From: Polyangiales bacterium
Lineage (GTDB): Bacteria > Myxococcota_A > Polyangia > Polyangiales > Ga0077539
Reading direction: 5' to 3'
Assembly (NCBI GenBank): GCA_044229975.1
Contig: JBGARZ010000007.1
Span: 320,001-384,000 of the forward strand
Length of the DNA: 64,000 nt
The position numbers were made by a program, and so were the translations under genes. This document shows positions 10,284 to 19,768 of the stretch, in pieces (within the stretch, counting starts at the first letter, position 1; each line of letters begins with the position of its first letter). The notes under the pieces were generated by a model, which was not told the DNA's origin, ran no database searches, and saw only the letters and a list, made by a program, of their open reading frames with translations.

Positions 10284-11450
10284 ATGACGGCGCAGCTCTT
10301 GTCGGTCGAGGTTCCGTTCAGCAGTACTGCCCTCAAGCTGGGGTCGTCGGTGGGCGGTCCCGGGGCGAGCCTCCAGACGGCGGGTGACGTGCTCCTCGAC
10401 TGCGTCGGGGTGATGGACATCCAATCGGCGGCCGCGTTTGTCGGGCAGACCAGCGCCGCGATGTCGATGCTGTCGGCGGCGATCCAGAAGATCCACTCGC
10501 AGGCGAAGGTCGAGCTCTTCGCGGGCGGTGGCATCTCGCCGAGCGCGTGCGGCCCGTCGGGCCCCGTGTCGGCGCCCGACCATGGTCCTCCGGGTGCTGC
10601 CTCGGAGAAGGTGACCGGCCTGGCGACGGCGGCGCTCTCGGCGACCAGCGCGAGCTACGGGTTGAAGGACGCGTTTTCGCCCAACCTCGCCATCGAAGCG
10701 GCGGGGAAGGGCGCCAAGGTCATCGCCGTCGCGGTTGGTGGTATCGCGGCGGTTGGTGGTGTGAGCGCGATCGGCAACGCGGCCTCCGGGTCGGGCTCCG
10801 GCGGAGCGGCGGCACCCGCAGGGGCGGGGGCAGGTGCAGGGGCGGGCGGAGCGAGCAGCTCGGGCGAAGGCGGATCGCACGGAGCGAGCAGCGGCAGTGG
10901 CGGGGGCGGCGGCGGTGGGACGCACATCGAGGAGCGCGCGTCGGCCAACATCAAGATGGTCGCGGGGAAGAAGATCTCGGGCATCGCTCCGGCCATGATC
11001 AGCTCGAAGACCCTGGGGAAGTTCGAGGTGAAGGCGCTGCTGGTGACCGACTTCACCACGGTGCTGTTCACCAACTTCGCGCTGGCGAAGTTCGAGGTGA
11101 AGGCGCTCGATGCCTTCAAGACGGTGTCGGGGAAATTCGAGGTCGAGGCCGACGTCGCGGTGGACATCAAGACCAAGGACTTCAAGGGCAAGGCCCCGGC
11201 CGTCACGATGGACGGCCACACCAAGGTCACGAAGGTGACCGACGTGAAGGGCAAGACGACGCTGAAGGACGACCTGGAGGTCGAGCGCAACGCCCTCATG
11301 AAGGACAAGCTCACCGTGAAGAAGAAGGTCGAGGTGAAGGGCACCCTCACGGTGAAGAAGAACACCAAGGTCACCTCGACGGCCACCATCGACGGCGACG
11401 TGAAGACCAAGACCGTGACCTTCAAGTCGCGAGTGACCTTCGGGCTCTAA
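10284..11450 (+). CDS. Stand-alone VgrG-C-terminus/spike-like beta-helix protein, paralog 1
   Basis: SD GGAGG; N-terminal beta-repeat ending ELFAGGG, Gly/Ala insert, HIEERA, C-terminal hexapeptide repeats (KLTVKK KVEVKG TLTVKK...TIDGDV). Confidence 0.6.
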   Translation: MTAQLLSVEVPFSSTALKLGSSVGGPGASLQTAGDVLLDCVGVMDIQSAAAFVGQTSAAMSMLSAAIQKIHSQAKVELFAGGGISPSACGPSGPVSAPDHGPPGAASEKVTGLATAALSATSASYGLKDAFSPNLAIEAAGKGAKVIAVAVGGIAAVGGVSAIGNAASGSGSGGAAAPAGAGAGAGAGGASSSGEGGSHGASSGSGGGGGGGTHIEERASANIKMVAGKKISGIAPAMISSKTLGKFEVKALLVTDFTTVLFTNFALAKFEVKALDAFKTVSGKFEVEADVAVDIKTKDFKGKAPAVTMDGHTKVTKVTDVKGKTTLKDDLEVERNALMKDKLTVKKKVEVKGTLTVKKNTKVTSTATIDGDVKTKTVTFKSRVTFGL

Positions 11451-11474
11451 GGGCCACCACCAGAGGGAGAGCCG

Positions 11475-12617
11475 ATGACCACGCCGCAGACCTTTGCTGT
11501 CACTGTTCCGCACGCGTCGAGCCAGCTCGCGCTGGGGCGCTGCGCCTGCCCCGACGGGGCCTCGCTCACCACCGTCGGGAGCGTGCTCGCCGACGCCGCC
11601 GGAACGCTCACCGCGCAGTGCGACGGGGCGTTTCTGGCGCAGACCAACGCGGCCATGTCGTGGCTCTCGACGGCCGGGACGCAGGTTCACACGGCCGCGG
11701 GGATCACCGTCTACGCGGGCGGCGGCGTGGCGCCGGGCGCGGCCGGGGGAGGGGTTCCGGCGAGCTCGCCGGGGTCGTCGAAGCCAGGGGCGGTGACCGA
11801 GAAGGTGGTCAACCTCACGCTCATCGGGGCCAACCTCGCGCGCAACGCCGTCGACGCGGCGGGCGCGGAGTCGGCGGTCGGGGTCGCGGCGCAGGTCCTC
11901 GACGCGGCGAAGAACGTGACCGCGGCCACCGCGGAGGTCGGCGCTGGGGGGGCGAAGCTCTCGGCGGCGACGGAGATGACGGGCGGCGCTCTCACCCTGG
12001 CGGAGGGCATGGCGAAGGGTGACCTCGCGGGCGTGGTCGTAGGGGCCGCGGGCATGGCGAGCGGCGCGTCGGGCGTGGCGAGCGGGTCGGACATCGAGCA
12101 GCGCGCGGTCAACGAGATCAAGATGGTGGCGGGCACCATGATCACGGGCTCGGCGACCGTGGGCTACGACTACAAGACGCTCAACAAGTTCGGCGTGACG
12201 GCGGGGGCGCTCACGAGCTTCACGACGACGGTGTGGGGAGCGTTCTGTCTGTTGAAATTCGAGGTGAAGGCCGGGGCCGCGGTGAAGGTGAAGACCAAGC
12301 TGGTGACGGTCAACGCGACGGTGTCGGCGACCATGGACGCGAAGACCGCGCTGAAGGTGATCAGCCCGAAGATCGAGTACGTGAGCAAGCTCGAGGTGAG
12401 CAAGACGCTGAAGGTCGTGAAGAAGACCAAGGTCAACAGCCTCGAAGTGAAGAAGAAGTCCGACCTCGACGGCACCCTCACGGTCGACAAGAACATGACC
12501 ATCGAGATGAACCTCGCGGTGAAGAAGAACCTCGACGCCAAGAAGGACGCCAAGGTGACGAAGGCCACCACGGCGAAGGGCGCGGCCACGGTGAGCGGCA
12601 AGACGAAGGTCGCCTGA
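11475..12617 (+). CDS. Stand-alone VgrG-C-terminus/spike-like beta-helix protein, paralog 2
   Basis: Same layout: VPHASSQLALG, TVYAGGG, DIEQRA, LDGTLTVDKNMTIE repeats. Confidence 0.6.
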   Translation: MTTPQTFAVTVPHASSQLALGRCACPDGASLTTVGSVLADAAGTLTAQCDGAFLAQTNAAMSWLSTAGTQVHTAAGITVYAGGGVAPGAAGGGVPASSPGSSKPGAVTEKVVNLTLIGANLARNAVDAAGAESAVGVAAQVLDAAKNVTAATAEVGAGGAKLSAATEMTGGALTLAEGMAKGDLAGVVVGAAGMASGASGVASGSDIEQRAVNEIKMVAGTMITGSATVGYDYKTLNKFGVTAGALTSFTTTVWGAFCLLKFEVKAGAAVKVKTKLVTVNATVSATMDAKTALKVISPKIEYVSKLEVSKTLKVVKKTKVNSLEVKKKSDLDGTLTVDKNMTIEMNLAVKKNLDAKKDAKVTKATTAKGAATVSGKTKVA

Positions 12618-12630
12618 GGGAGCCCCTGCG

Positions 12631-14199
12631 ATGCCCAACAACAACATCACGGGTGAGCTCAACAACACCGACCCGGTCTGCCTGCCCGGGGTGGACAACC
12701 AGGGCGCGACGGTCGAGTCGGACAGTGATCTCAGCGACGGGATGATGTGCGCGACCGGGTACGTGGACGTCGCGAAGTTTCCCGCGACCGCGCCCGGCAT
12801 CGATGAGCAGAAGAAGGCCGCCAACGCGCGGGCGGCGAAGTCTCCGAAGGGCGACGACGCGACGGCGCAGACGTACCGGGCAGAGGTTCCGTTTTCGGGG
12901 ACGGCGTTGCAGCTCGGGTCGGGCAGCTCGGCGGGCGGCGCGGGCGCGGCGCTCACCACCGGCGGCAACGTCTTCGTTGGCGCGACGGGCAAGATCACCA
13001 TGCAGTCGCTCGCGGCCTTCACGGGTCAGACGACGGCGACGATGGGGCTCTACGCGGGGGCCGGGGTGACGGCGCACTCGCAGGACAAGTTCGAGATCTA
13101 CGCGGGCGGCGGCGTGGCGCCGGGCAAGTGCGGGAGCGGCGGTCCGGCGGGGAGCGCGGGGACGACCAAGCCCGCCGAGGCGGCCGAGAAGTGGACCAAC
13201 GTCGGCTGCAACGCCCTCGGCGTGGTGAAGGGCCTCAACGACATGAGGAACGCCAACACCTGGTGGAAGGGCACCGCGTCGGACAAGGTGACGATGCTCA
13301 AGGGCGCCACGGACGCGTTGGGCAAGGGCACGCAGGCGGTCATGGGCGGCATCGGCACCGACAAGGACACGTTGAAGACCACGTCGAAGGTGGCCGACAC
13401 GACGTCGGGCGTGCTCAACGTGATCGGCGGCCTCACGAAGCTCAAGGAAGACCCCGTGGGGGCCGCGTCGAGCATCGTGTCCGGCATCGGCGGCGTCTCG
13501 GGCGCTTTCGGCGGGTCGCAGTTGATGAACTCCGACGGTCCCGTCGCGGGTAGCGATGGCGCGACGGACAGCGTCCCCGGCAACAAGGAGAAGAAGGCCA
13601 AGGCGAAGGCCGCGGGCGGCGGCGGCGGCGGTGGCGCTGGCGGCGGTGGTGGGCCGTTGGACATCGAGAAGCGCGCGGCGACGAAGATCCACCAGTGCTG
13701 CCCCTTGAAGATCTCGGGCAACGCCCCGGAGGGCATCGACTGGAAGGTGGGCGGCGCCTACCTGGTCAACGCCGTCGCGCTGGTGGACTTCCAGACGACC
13801 AACTGGGGTGCGTTTGCGGCGGCGATCTTCAAGGTGCGCGCGGTGGCGCTGGTCGACGTGAAGTGCCGACGCTTCGAGATGAAGGCGGTGGGCACTGGCA
13901 CCGTGAAGACCGTGTCGACGACCATCACGGCGTCGACGCTGAGCCTGCTCGACGGGGTGACGGACGTGACCGAGACGCTCACGGTGCTCAAGCACACGAC
14001 GCTGCACGACGAGCTGCACTGCGACAACGGCGGCAAGGCGAGCCTCGTGAAGGGCAACCTCACGGTGAAGAAGGACACCACCCACCAGGACGACGCCAAG
14101 ATCTACAAGACGTTCACGGTGAAGGACAGCATCACGATCAACGGTCGGTACGTGTCCAAGAGTCAGTTGAAGGCGGCCAGCGAGGGCAAGTTCGGCTGA
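12631..14199 (+). CDS. Stand-alone VgrG-C-terminus/spike-like beta-helix protein, paralog 3 (N-terminal extension)
   Basis: EVPFSGTALQLG, EIYAGGG, DIEKRA, VKGNLTVKKD repeats. Confidence 0.6.
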   Translation: MPNNNITGELNNTDPVCLPGVDNQGATVESDSDLSDGMMCATGYVDVAKFPATAPGIDEQKKAANARAAKSPKGDDATAQTYRAEVPFSGTALQLGSGSSAGGAGAALTTGGNVFVGATGKITMQSLAAFTGQTTATMGLYAGAGVTAHSQDKFEIYAGGGVAPGKCGSGGPAGSAGTTKPAEAAEKWTNVGCNALGVVKGLNDMRNANTWWKGTASDKVTMLKGATDALGKGTQAVMGGIGTDKDTLKTTSKVADTTSGVLNVIGGLTKLKEDPVGAASSIVSGIGGVSGAFGGSQLMNSDGPVAGSDGATDSVPGNKEKKAKAKAAGGGGGGGAGGGGGPLDIEKRAATKIHQCCPLKISGNAPEGIDWKVGGAYLVNAVALVDFQTTNWGAFAAAIFKVRAVALVDVKCRRFEMKAVGTGTVKTVSTTITASTLSLLDGVTDVTETLTVLKHTTLHDELHCDNGGKASLVKGNLTVKKDTTHQDDAKIYKTFTVKDSITINGRYVSKSQLKAASEGKFG

Positions 14200-14220
14200 C
14201 GCCCGACGACTGCAATTCCG

Positions 14221-16146
14221 ATGAGCGACATCACCACCGTCGAGGCCCTGGAGGCCGCCCTCGCGACCGGATCTCTCTCGGGCGCGCGCGTCCGCAATCT
14301 CACCGTGGAAGACCTCTCCTTCGAGGGCGTGACGCTCACCGCGGTGGCCTTCCTCGGGTGCGTCTTTCGGCGGCTGTCGCTGTCGCAGTCGTCGCTGACG
14401 GCGGTGGCCTTCCACGGCTGCCAGTGGGACGACTGCGCGTGGACGGAGCTCAGCGTCACGGGCGCCCTCTTCGCGGCGGGCGAGGGGGGCGAGGCGTCGT
14501 ACTTCGTGGGCACGCGCTTCGAGAGCTGGAGCGGCGAGAAGCTGACCTTCGAGACGTGCAGCTTCGAGGGTTCGACGCTGGCCGAGGCGGGGCTCAGCGA
14601 GGTGCGCTTCGCGGGCTGCGCGCTGCGCGACGTGGTGTGGCGCGAGGTGTCGCTGTCGGAGTTCTCGCTGGAGGCCGTGACCGTCGAGCGGGGGCAGTGG
14701 CTGGAGACGCGGCTCGAAGGCGGCGAGCTGGTGCGCTGCGAGCTGCACGCGCTCAGCGCGCCGGGTCTGGGCATCGAGGACACACGCTTCGATCACGTCG
14801 AGTGGGCGGGCGCCGACCTGACGGGCGCGAGGCTCGCGGGGCTCTCGTTTGCGGGCGTGGTGTCGATGCCCGCGACGCTTGACGGGGCGGTGCTCACGAG
14901 CGCCGACCTCACGGGCTGCGACCTGACGGGTGTCGCTCTCCGCGGGGCTGATCTGTCGGAGGCGGTGCTGGCGCGCGCGGTCTTCGACACGGCCGACCTG
15001 ACGGGCGCCGACCTCACGAGCGCGATGGCGGCGGGCGCGTCGTTCCAGGCGGCGATCGTTCGAGGGGCGAACTTCTCCAGCGCGGTGCTCCAGGGCGTCG
15101 ACCTGCGGGCGCGCGACGCGGAGTCGGTGGTGTTCTCGGGGGCCGACCTGCGGGCGAGCGACGTGCGCTACGCCGAGTTCAACGGGTGCCTCTTCGACGG
15201 GTCGCTGTGGGCCGAGGCGCGCACCGGGCGGGCGTCGTTTCGAGGGTGCAGCTTCGAGGGTGCGACGCTGGAGGGCGCCGTCTTCGACGGGTGCGCGCTG
15301 ACGGACTCGTCGCTCGCCGCGGCGCGCGCGGCCGGGGCGTCGTTGCGCGGGTGCGACCTGAGCGAGGTCGACGCGAGCGGAGCGCAGCTCGCGGGTGCGT
15401 TGCTCGCGGGTGCGCGATTGCATGACGCGGTGCTGACGGACGCCGACCTCACGGGGGCCGACCTCACGGGGGCGCAGCTCTATCGCAGCGACCTCGCGGG
15501 GGCGCGGCTCGCGGGCGCGGTGCTCCTGGGCGCCGACCTCACGCGGGTGGACGCGCGCGGGCTGCACCTGGGCGACTGTCGCATCGACCGCGCGACGGTG
15601 TGGGAGGGGGCCGACCTGCGGGGCGCGGCGGCGGTGGGGATGGACTTCCGCGGCGCCAACCTGCGCGACCTCGACGGGCGCGGCGGTGACTTCACCGGGT
15701 GCCGCTTCGACGAGGCGGTGGCGGAGGGCGCGACGCTGCACGAAGCGAAGCTCACGGGCTCGTCGTGGGTGAAGACGAAGGCGCGCGGGGCGGAGTTCGA
15801 CGGGGCCAACCTCGACGCGAGCGACCTGCGCGGGGCCGACCTGCGCGCGGCGACGATGGTGGGCGCGAGCGCGCTGCGGGCGCTGTTCACGAAGGCCGAC
15901 CTCGACCGCGCGCGGCTGGTGAAGTGCGACCTGCGCGAGGCCAACCTGGCGCTGTGCACGATGCGGTACTGCGACCTCTCGCACGCGAAGCTCGACCGGG
16001 CGGACTGCACCCACGCCGACCTCACGGGGTCGCTGCTGCATCGCACGACGGAGCTGGAGACGAAGTGGTTCGACGCGACGCTGGACGAGGTCGGGCGCAC
16101 CGACCCGAAGCTCGCCGCGGGCGAGGACTTCGTCCCGACGCGGTAG
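14221..16146 (+). CDS. Pentapeptide repeat protein (T6SS-accessory type)
   Basis: Continuous ADLTGA-type repeats ending TDPKLAAGEDF. Confidence 0.9.
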   Translation: MSDITTVEALEAALATGSLSGARVRNLTVEDLSFEGVTLTAVAFLGCVFRRLSLSQSSLTAVAFHGCQWDDCAWTELSVTGALFAAGEGGEASYFVGTRFESWSGEKLTFETCSFEGSTLAEAGLSEVRFAGCALRDVVWREVSLSEFSLEAVTVERGQWLETRLEGGELVRCELHALSAPGLGIEDTRFDHVEWAGADLTGARLAGLSFAGVVSMPATLDGAVLTSADLTGCDLTGVALRGADLSEAVLARAVFDTADLTGADLTSAMAAGASFQAAIVRGANFSSAVLQGVDLRARDAESVVFSGADLRASDVRYAEFNGCLFDGSLWAEARTGRASFRGCSFEGATLEGAVFDGCALTDSSLAAARAAGASLRGCDLSEVDASGAQLAGALLAGARLHDAVLTDADLTGADLTGAQLYRSDLAGARLAGAVLLGADLTRVDARGLHLGDCRIDRATVWEGADLRGAAAVGMDFRGANLRDLDGRGGDFTGCRFDEAVAEGATLHEAKLTGSSWVKTKARGAEFDGANLDASDLRGADLRAATMVGASALRALFTKADLDRARLVKCDLREANLALCTMRYCDLSHAKLDRADCTHADLTGSLLHRTTELETKWFDATLDEVGRTDPKLAAGEDFVPTR

Positions 16147-16167
16147 GCGGTCGAGCGGCCGGCGCGC

Positions 16168-17208
16168 TCAGCTCAACGTCGCGCCCGCGCGGTACGTCGA
16201 CGGCGACCGGCCGGTCCAGCGGCGGAACGCTCGCGTGAAGGCGGTCGACTGACCAAACCCGAGGTCGTGGGAGATCTGCTTCAGCGAGCGCGTGCGGTCG
16301 CCGATCCAGAGCAGCGCGAGCTCACGTCGCGCCTCATCCAACAGGTCCTGAAACGACGTCCCCGCGTCGCCCAGCGCGCGCTGGAGCGATCGCACGCTGA
16401 GGGCCATCCCAGAGGCGACGCTCGTCACCGACGGCGACGCGCCCTCCTTGAGCACCCGCTTGAGCTCGGCGCGCACGCGCTCTTCGATCTGGGGCCGCGA
16501 CGCGACCCGCTCCTTCCGGTCGACGAGATGGGCCTCCATCAGGTTGGCGAGCGCGGGGTTGGCGCTGCGCAACGGAGCGGTGAGGTACGACTCGTCGAAG
16601 GTCACGCAGTCCTCCGCGGCGGAGAACGACGGCACCGTGCCCAGCACGCGCGCGTGCTCCGCGAGGTCCGCCGGGGCCGAGTGGCGGAAGCACACACTCC
16701 GCGCAACAAACGGCCGATCGATGAGCGTCCGCGCCCGCAGAAACCAGACCGCGACCGCGAACTCGCAGAAGTGACGCGGCACCCGCGACGTCGAGTGAAA
16801 CACCACCCACACCCGCGCCTCGCCCTGCTCCACCGCCAGCCGGATCTCCGCGCCGTCGTGTTGGAGCCGCAGGTGACGCATCATGCGCTCCAGCCCGTCG
16901 CGCATCGTCGGCGCGCTCGTCACCGCGAAGTCGTACGCGTCGAACATGGCGTCCTGCATCGCCTCGGCGGCGTGCAGTCCGAAGTGCGGGTCCCCCAGGT
17001 GTTCGGCGACGCGGTCCCACGCGCGATAGGTGAGCTCCGCCGATACGCGCGCCTCGGGGTCGGCCAGCGTCTCCAGGTCGACCCCGATCAGCGCCGCGGC
17101 CTCGGTGAGTTCGAGGCCCGCGTTGGCGGCCACCAGGACGCAGCCACGCAAGGCGTTGACGCAGACGTTGGGCGCGTACGGGGTCGAGCGGGTCGAGGGG
17201 TTGGACAT
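16168..17208 (-). CDS. AraC family transcriptional regulator
   Basis: C-terminal SVRSLQRAL...GTSFQDLLD...LGFGQSTAFTRAFRRWTGRSPSTYR; DPHFGLH in the N-terminal domain. Start inferred. Confidence 0.92.
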   Translation of the reverse strand: MSNPSTRSTPYAPNVCVNALRGCVLVAANAGLELTEAAALIGVDLETLADPEARVSAELTYRAWDRVAEHLGDPHFGLHAAEAMQDAMFDAYDFAVTSAPTMRDGLERMMRHLRLQHDGAEIRLAVEQGEARVWVVFHSTSRVPRHFCEFAVAVWFLRARTLIDRPFVARSVCFRHSAPADLAEHARVLGTVPSFSAAEDCVTFDESYLTAPLRSANPALANLMEAHLVDRKERVASRPQIEERVRAELKRVLKEGASPSVTSVASGMALSVRSLQRALGDAGTSFQDLLDEARRELALLWIGDRTRSLKQISHDLGFGQSTAFTRAFRRWTGRSPSTYRAGATLS

Positions 17209-17403
17209 CGTCGGTAGCCTCGCGAGGTGCGGTGCCTCTGGCGCGTGGGGGTAGGTCGTGGGCGCCCCAGGGTAACGCCATCTCAGCGATGGCGCGGTAG
17301 CTGTGTCCGCCAGTCCTGGGACGGGCACTTCCCCTGCGTGATGGGCCAGGCGGGGGTGAGACGCCGCGTCGCAAACACGGAACAACCGACAAGGAGATCC
17401 CGC

Positions 17404-19719
17404 ATGACCAGCGTCTTGCAACACGGCTCGACAAGCGCCAACCCGCCTTCCGTCTTCATTCGACTTCTGGCGATTGCCTCAATGATCACGGCCGCCGCTG
17501 GGTGCAGTGACCCGGTGAGCGTCACCCCGACCGATGCAGGCACCGACGTCCCCGTCGCTCCGACCGACGCGCCCGTCGCCGATGCGCCCACCGACCAACC
17601 GCCTCCTGCCGACGCGCCATCCGCTGATGCGCCCATCTCTCCATTGAACTGTGGCGGTGTCGAGGTGCTCGACCTCAACGCGCTGGGCACCACGACCGAC
17701 GGCGTCCTCCGTTACACGGGCATGTCGCCCATGATGCAGGCGGCCGCAATGGTCCCGATGTGCACGGCGATGTTCAACGTCCCGCGCATCCTCCGGTACA
17801 CGGCGCCCGCCGCCGGTCGCGTGGCCTTCAGCACCGACAACATGGGGACCACCTTCGACACCACCCTGGCCGTGCTCACCGGCTGCCCGGGGCCGACGGC
17901 CACCTCCCTCGGGTGCGTCGACGACAACGGCGTCACCACGCGCCTCTCGTCCATCGTCCGTACCGAGCGTGCCCTCACCGCAGGCGAGAGCGTCTACGTC
18001 CTCGTCGGCGCCTTCGCCACGGGAGGCACCTTCGCCCTCTCCGTCACCGCGGTCAGTGAGGTCGCCGTCGGCGCGGCCTGCGACACCGATCGGGTGTGCG
18101 TGACCGGTGCGACCTGCATCACGCCCGCGGGCTCCACCGCCCGCTGCGTCGCCAACGGAACCTCCGGTGGCGCCTGCCGACCCGCGAGCGCCGGTGGCAC
18201 CCGCTGCGACGCGCCCCTGTCGTGCTCGGCCGCCGAGCGCTGCATCCCCACCATCGCCGCGGGCGCCGAGTGCGACGCCGCGGGCGCCGCCAACGTCTGC
18301 GTCGCCGGCACCTCGTGTCAGACCGCCGGCACCGCCCGCACCTGCGTGGCAGACGGCGCGCTCAACGGCCGCTGCCGCGCGACCGACAGCTCTTGCGACG
18401 CGGGCCTCGGGTGCGCGCGCGCCAGCAACCTCTGCCTCCCCGTGGTCGCGATCGGAGCCGCGTGCGACCTCGCGAGCAGCACCTCGGTCTGCATCACCGG
18501 ATCGTCGTGCCAGGGCTCGCCGGGTCTCTACCGCTGCGTGGCGGACGGCGTGCTGGGCGGGCAGTGCCGCGCGTCCATGGGCTGCGACACCGGCCTCGGT
18601 TGCAACGCCACCAACTACTGCGTCACGGGCATCGCCGCGGGTGCCACCTGCGACCCCTCGTCGTCCTCGTCGGTGTGCGTCTCCGGGAGCATCTGCGTGG
18701 GCTCGCCTGGCATGTATCGCTGCCAGCCTGACGGCGCCGTCGGTGGCCGCTGCCGCGCGGCGGTGCCCCGATGCGACACGGGCCTCGGCTGCGGAGCCGA
18801 CCGCTGCCTCCCGACCGTGGCCGCGGGCGCGGCGTGTGATCCGGCCCGCATGGCCAACGTGTGCGCCGACACGACGAGCTGCATCGCCGCGACGAGCGGC
18901 GCTGCGACCTGCGTGGCCGACGGCATCGCGGGCGGTCGTTGCCGCACGACGGCGATGCCCTGCGACACGGGCCTCGGCTGCGGCGCCGGCCAGCGCTGCA
19001 TCACGGCGGTCGCCATCGGCGCGACCTGCGACGCGACGGGTGTGACCAACGCCTGCGTGAGCCCGGCGCGATGCGTGGTGATGGGAACGTCCAAGGCGCG
19101 CACCTGCCAGCTCCCGAGCTACGTCGAGAGCGAGATCGCGTCGCCGACCTTCGTCGATGCGTGCACCGCGGACGCCACGCGCGTCACGTTCACGTCAATG
19201 GATGACGCCATCTCTGCGATGGTTCCGATCGGCTTCACGCTGCGCGCGTACGGCGCCGACTACACCGCGATGCTGGTCTCCACCAACGGGATGGTGGTGC
19301 TCGGCGATGCGGCGCTGCCGATGCCGCCGCCCTTCAGCACCGGGGGCGATCTCTTCCCCTGGGTCGGGGCACCGCGGCCGGTGTTCGCGCCCTTCTGGGA
19401 CGACCTCGTGCTCCGCACCGCTGGGAGCGTCTGCGTGCGCACCCTGGGCGCGGCGCCGTCGCGAACGACGGTGGTCGAGTGGTTCGACGCATCCCTCTAC
19501 CTCGGTGAGACGGCGCACCTGACCTTCGAGCTCGTCCTGCGCGAGGGCTCCAACCAGGTCGACTTCCTCTACCAGACGCTCACCCCTGGGATGGCGCCCG
19601 CCGCCCGACTGGAGGGCGGCTCCGCGGGCATCGGCGTGCAGGGCGCCATGGGCCTCGACGCCACCCGCCACGCGGCCGCCGTGAGCACCGCCCGCGGCAT
19701 CCGCTTCGCTCCGCGCTGA
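17404..19719 (+). CDS. Cys-rich repeat lipoprotein with C-terminal nidogen-like domain
   Basis: SD AGGAGA; lipobox AAGC; repeated CVADG..GGRCR..CDTGLGC units; C-terminal VSTNG...FAPFWDDL...TFELVL. Confidence 0.75.
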   Translation: MTSVLQHGSTSANPPSVFIRLLAIASMITAAAGCSDPVSVTPTDAGTDVPVAPTDAPVADAPTDQPPPADAPSADAPISPLNCGGVEVLDLNALGTTTDGVLRYTGMSPMMQAAAMVPMCTAMFNVPRILRYTAPAAGRVAFSTDNMGTTFDTTLAVLTGCPGPTATSLGCVDDNGVTTRLSSIVRTERALTAGESVYVLVGAFATGGTFALSVTAVSEVAVGAACDTDRVCVTGATCITPAGSTARCVANGTSGGACRPASAGGTRCDAPLSCSAAERCIPTIAAGAECDAAGAANVCVAGTSCQTAGTARTCVADGALNGRCRATDSSCDAGLGCARASNLCLPVVAIGAACDLASSTSVCITGSSCQGSPGLYRCVADGVLGGQCRASMGCDTGLGCNATNYCVTGIAAGATCDPSSSSSVCVSGSICVGSPGMYRCQPDGAVGGRCRAAVPRCDTGLGCGADRCLPTVAAGAACDPARMANVCADTTSCIAATSGAATCVADGIAGGRCRTTAMPCDTGLGCGAGQRCITAVAIGATCDATGVTNACVSPARCVVMGTSKARTCQLPSYVESEIASPTFVDACTADATRVTFTSMDDAISAMVPIGFTLRAYGADYTAMLVSTNGMVVLGDAALPMPPPFSTGGDLFPWVGAPRPVFAPFWDDLVLRTAGSVCVRTLGAAPSRTTVVEWFDASLYLGETAHLTFELVLREGSNQVDFLYQTLTPGMAPAARLEGGSAGIGVQGAMGLDATRHAAAVSTARGIRFAPR

Positions 19720-19739
19720 CACCCCCCCCACCGGCCAAA

Positions 19740-19767
19740 CGCCGCGGGCTGCGACAGCTCCGCGGCG
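19740..19767. terminator. GC-rich hairpin between convergent genes
   Basis: CGCCGCGG-GCTG-CGA-CAGC-T-CCGCGGCG; no clear U-tract. Confidence 0.45.
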
Positions 19768-19768
19768 G

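Noticed and set aside
10284..14199. Possible DGR or shufflon cassette among the three paralogs
   Set aside because: Similarity is at protein level only; no near-identical template/variable repeat pair, reverse transcriptase, recombinase or inversion sites seen.
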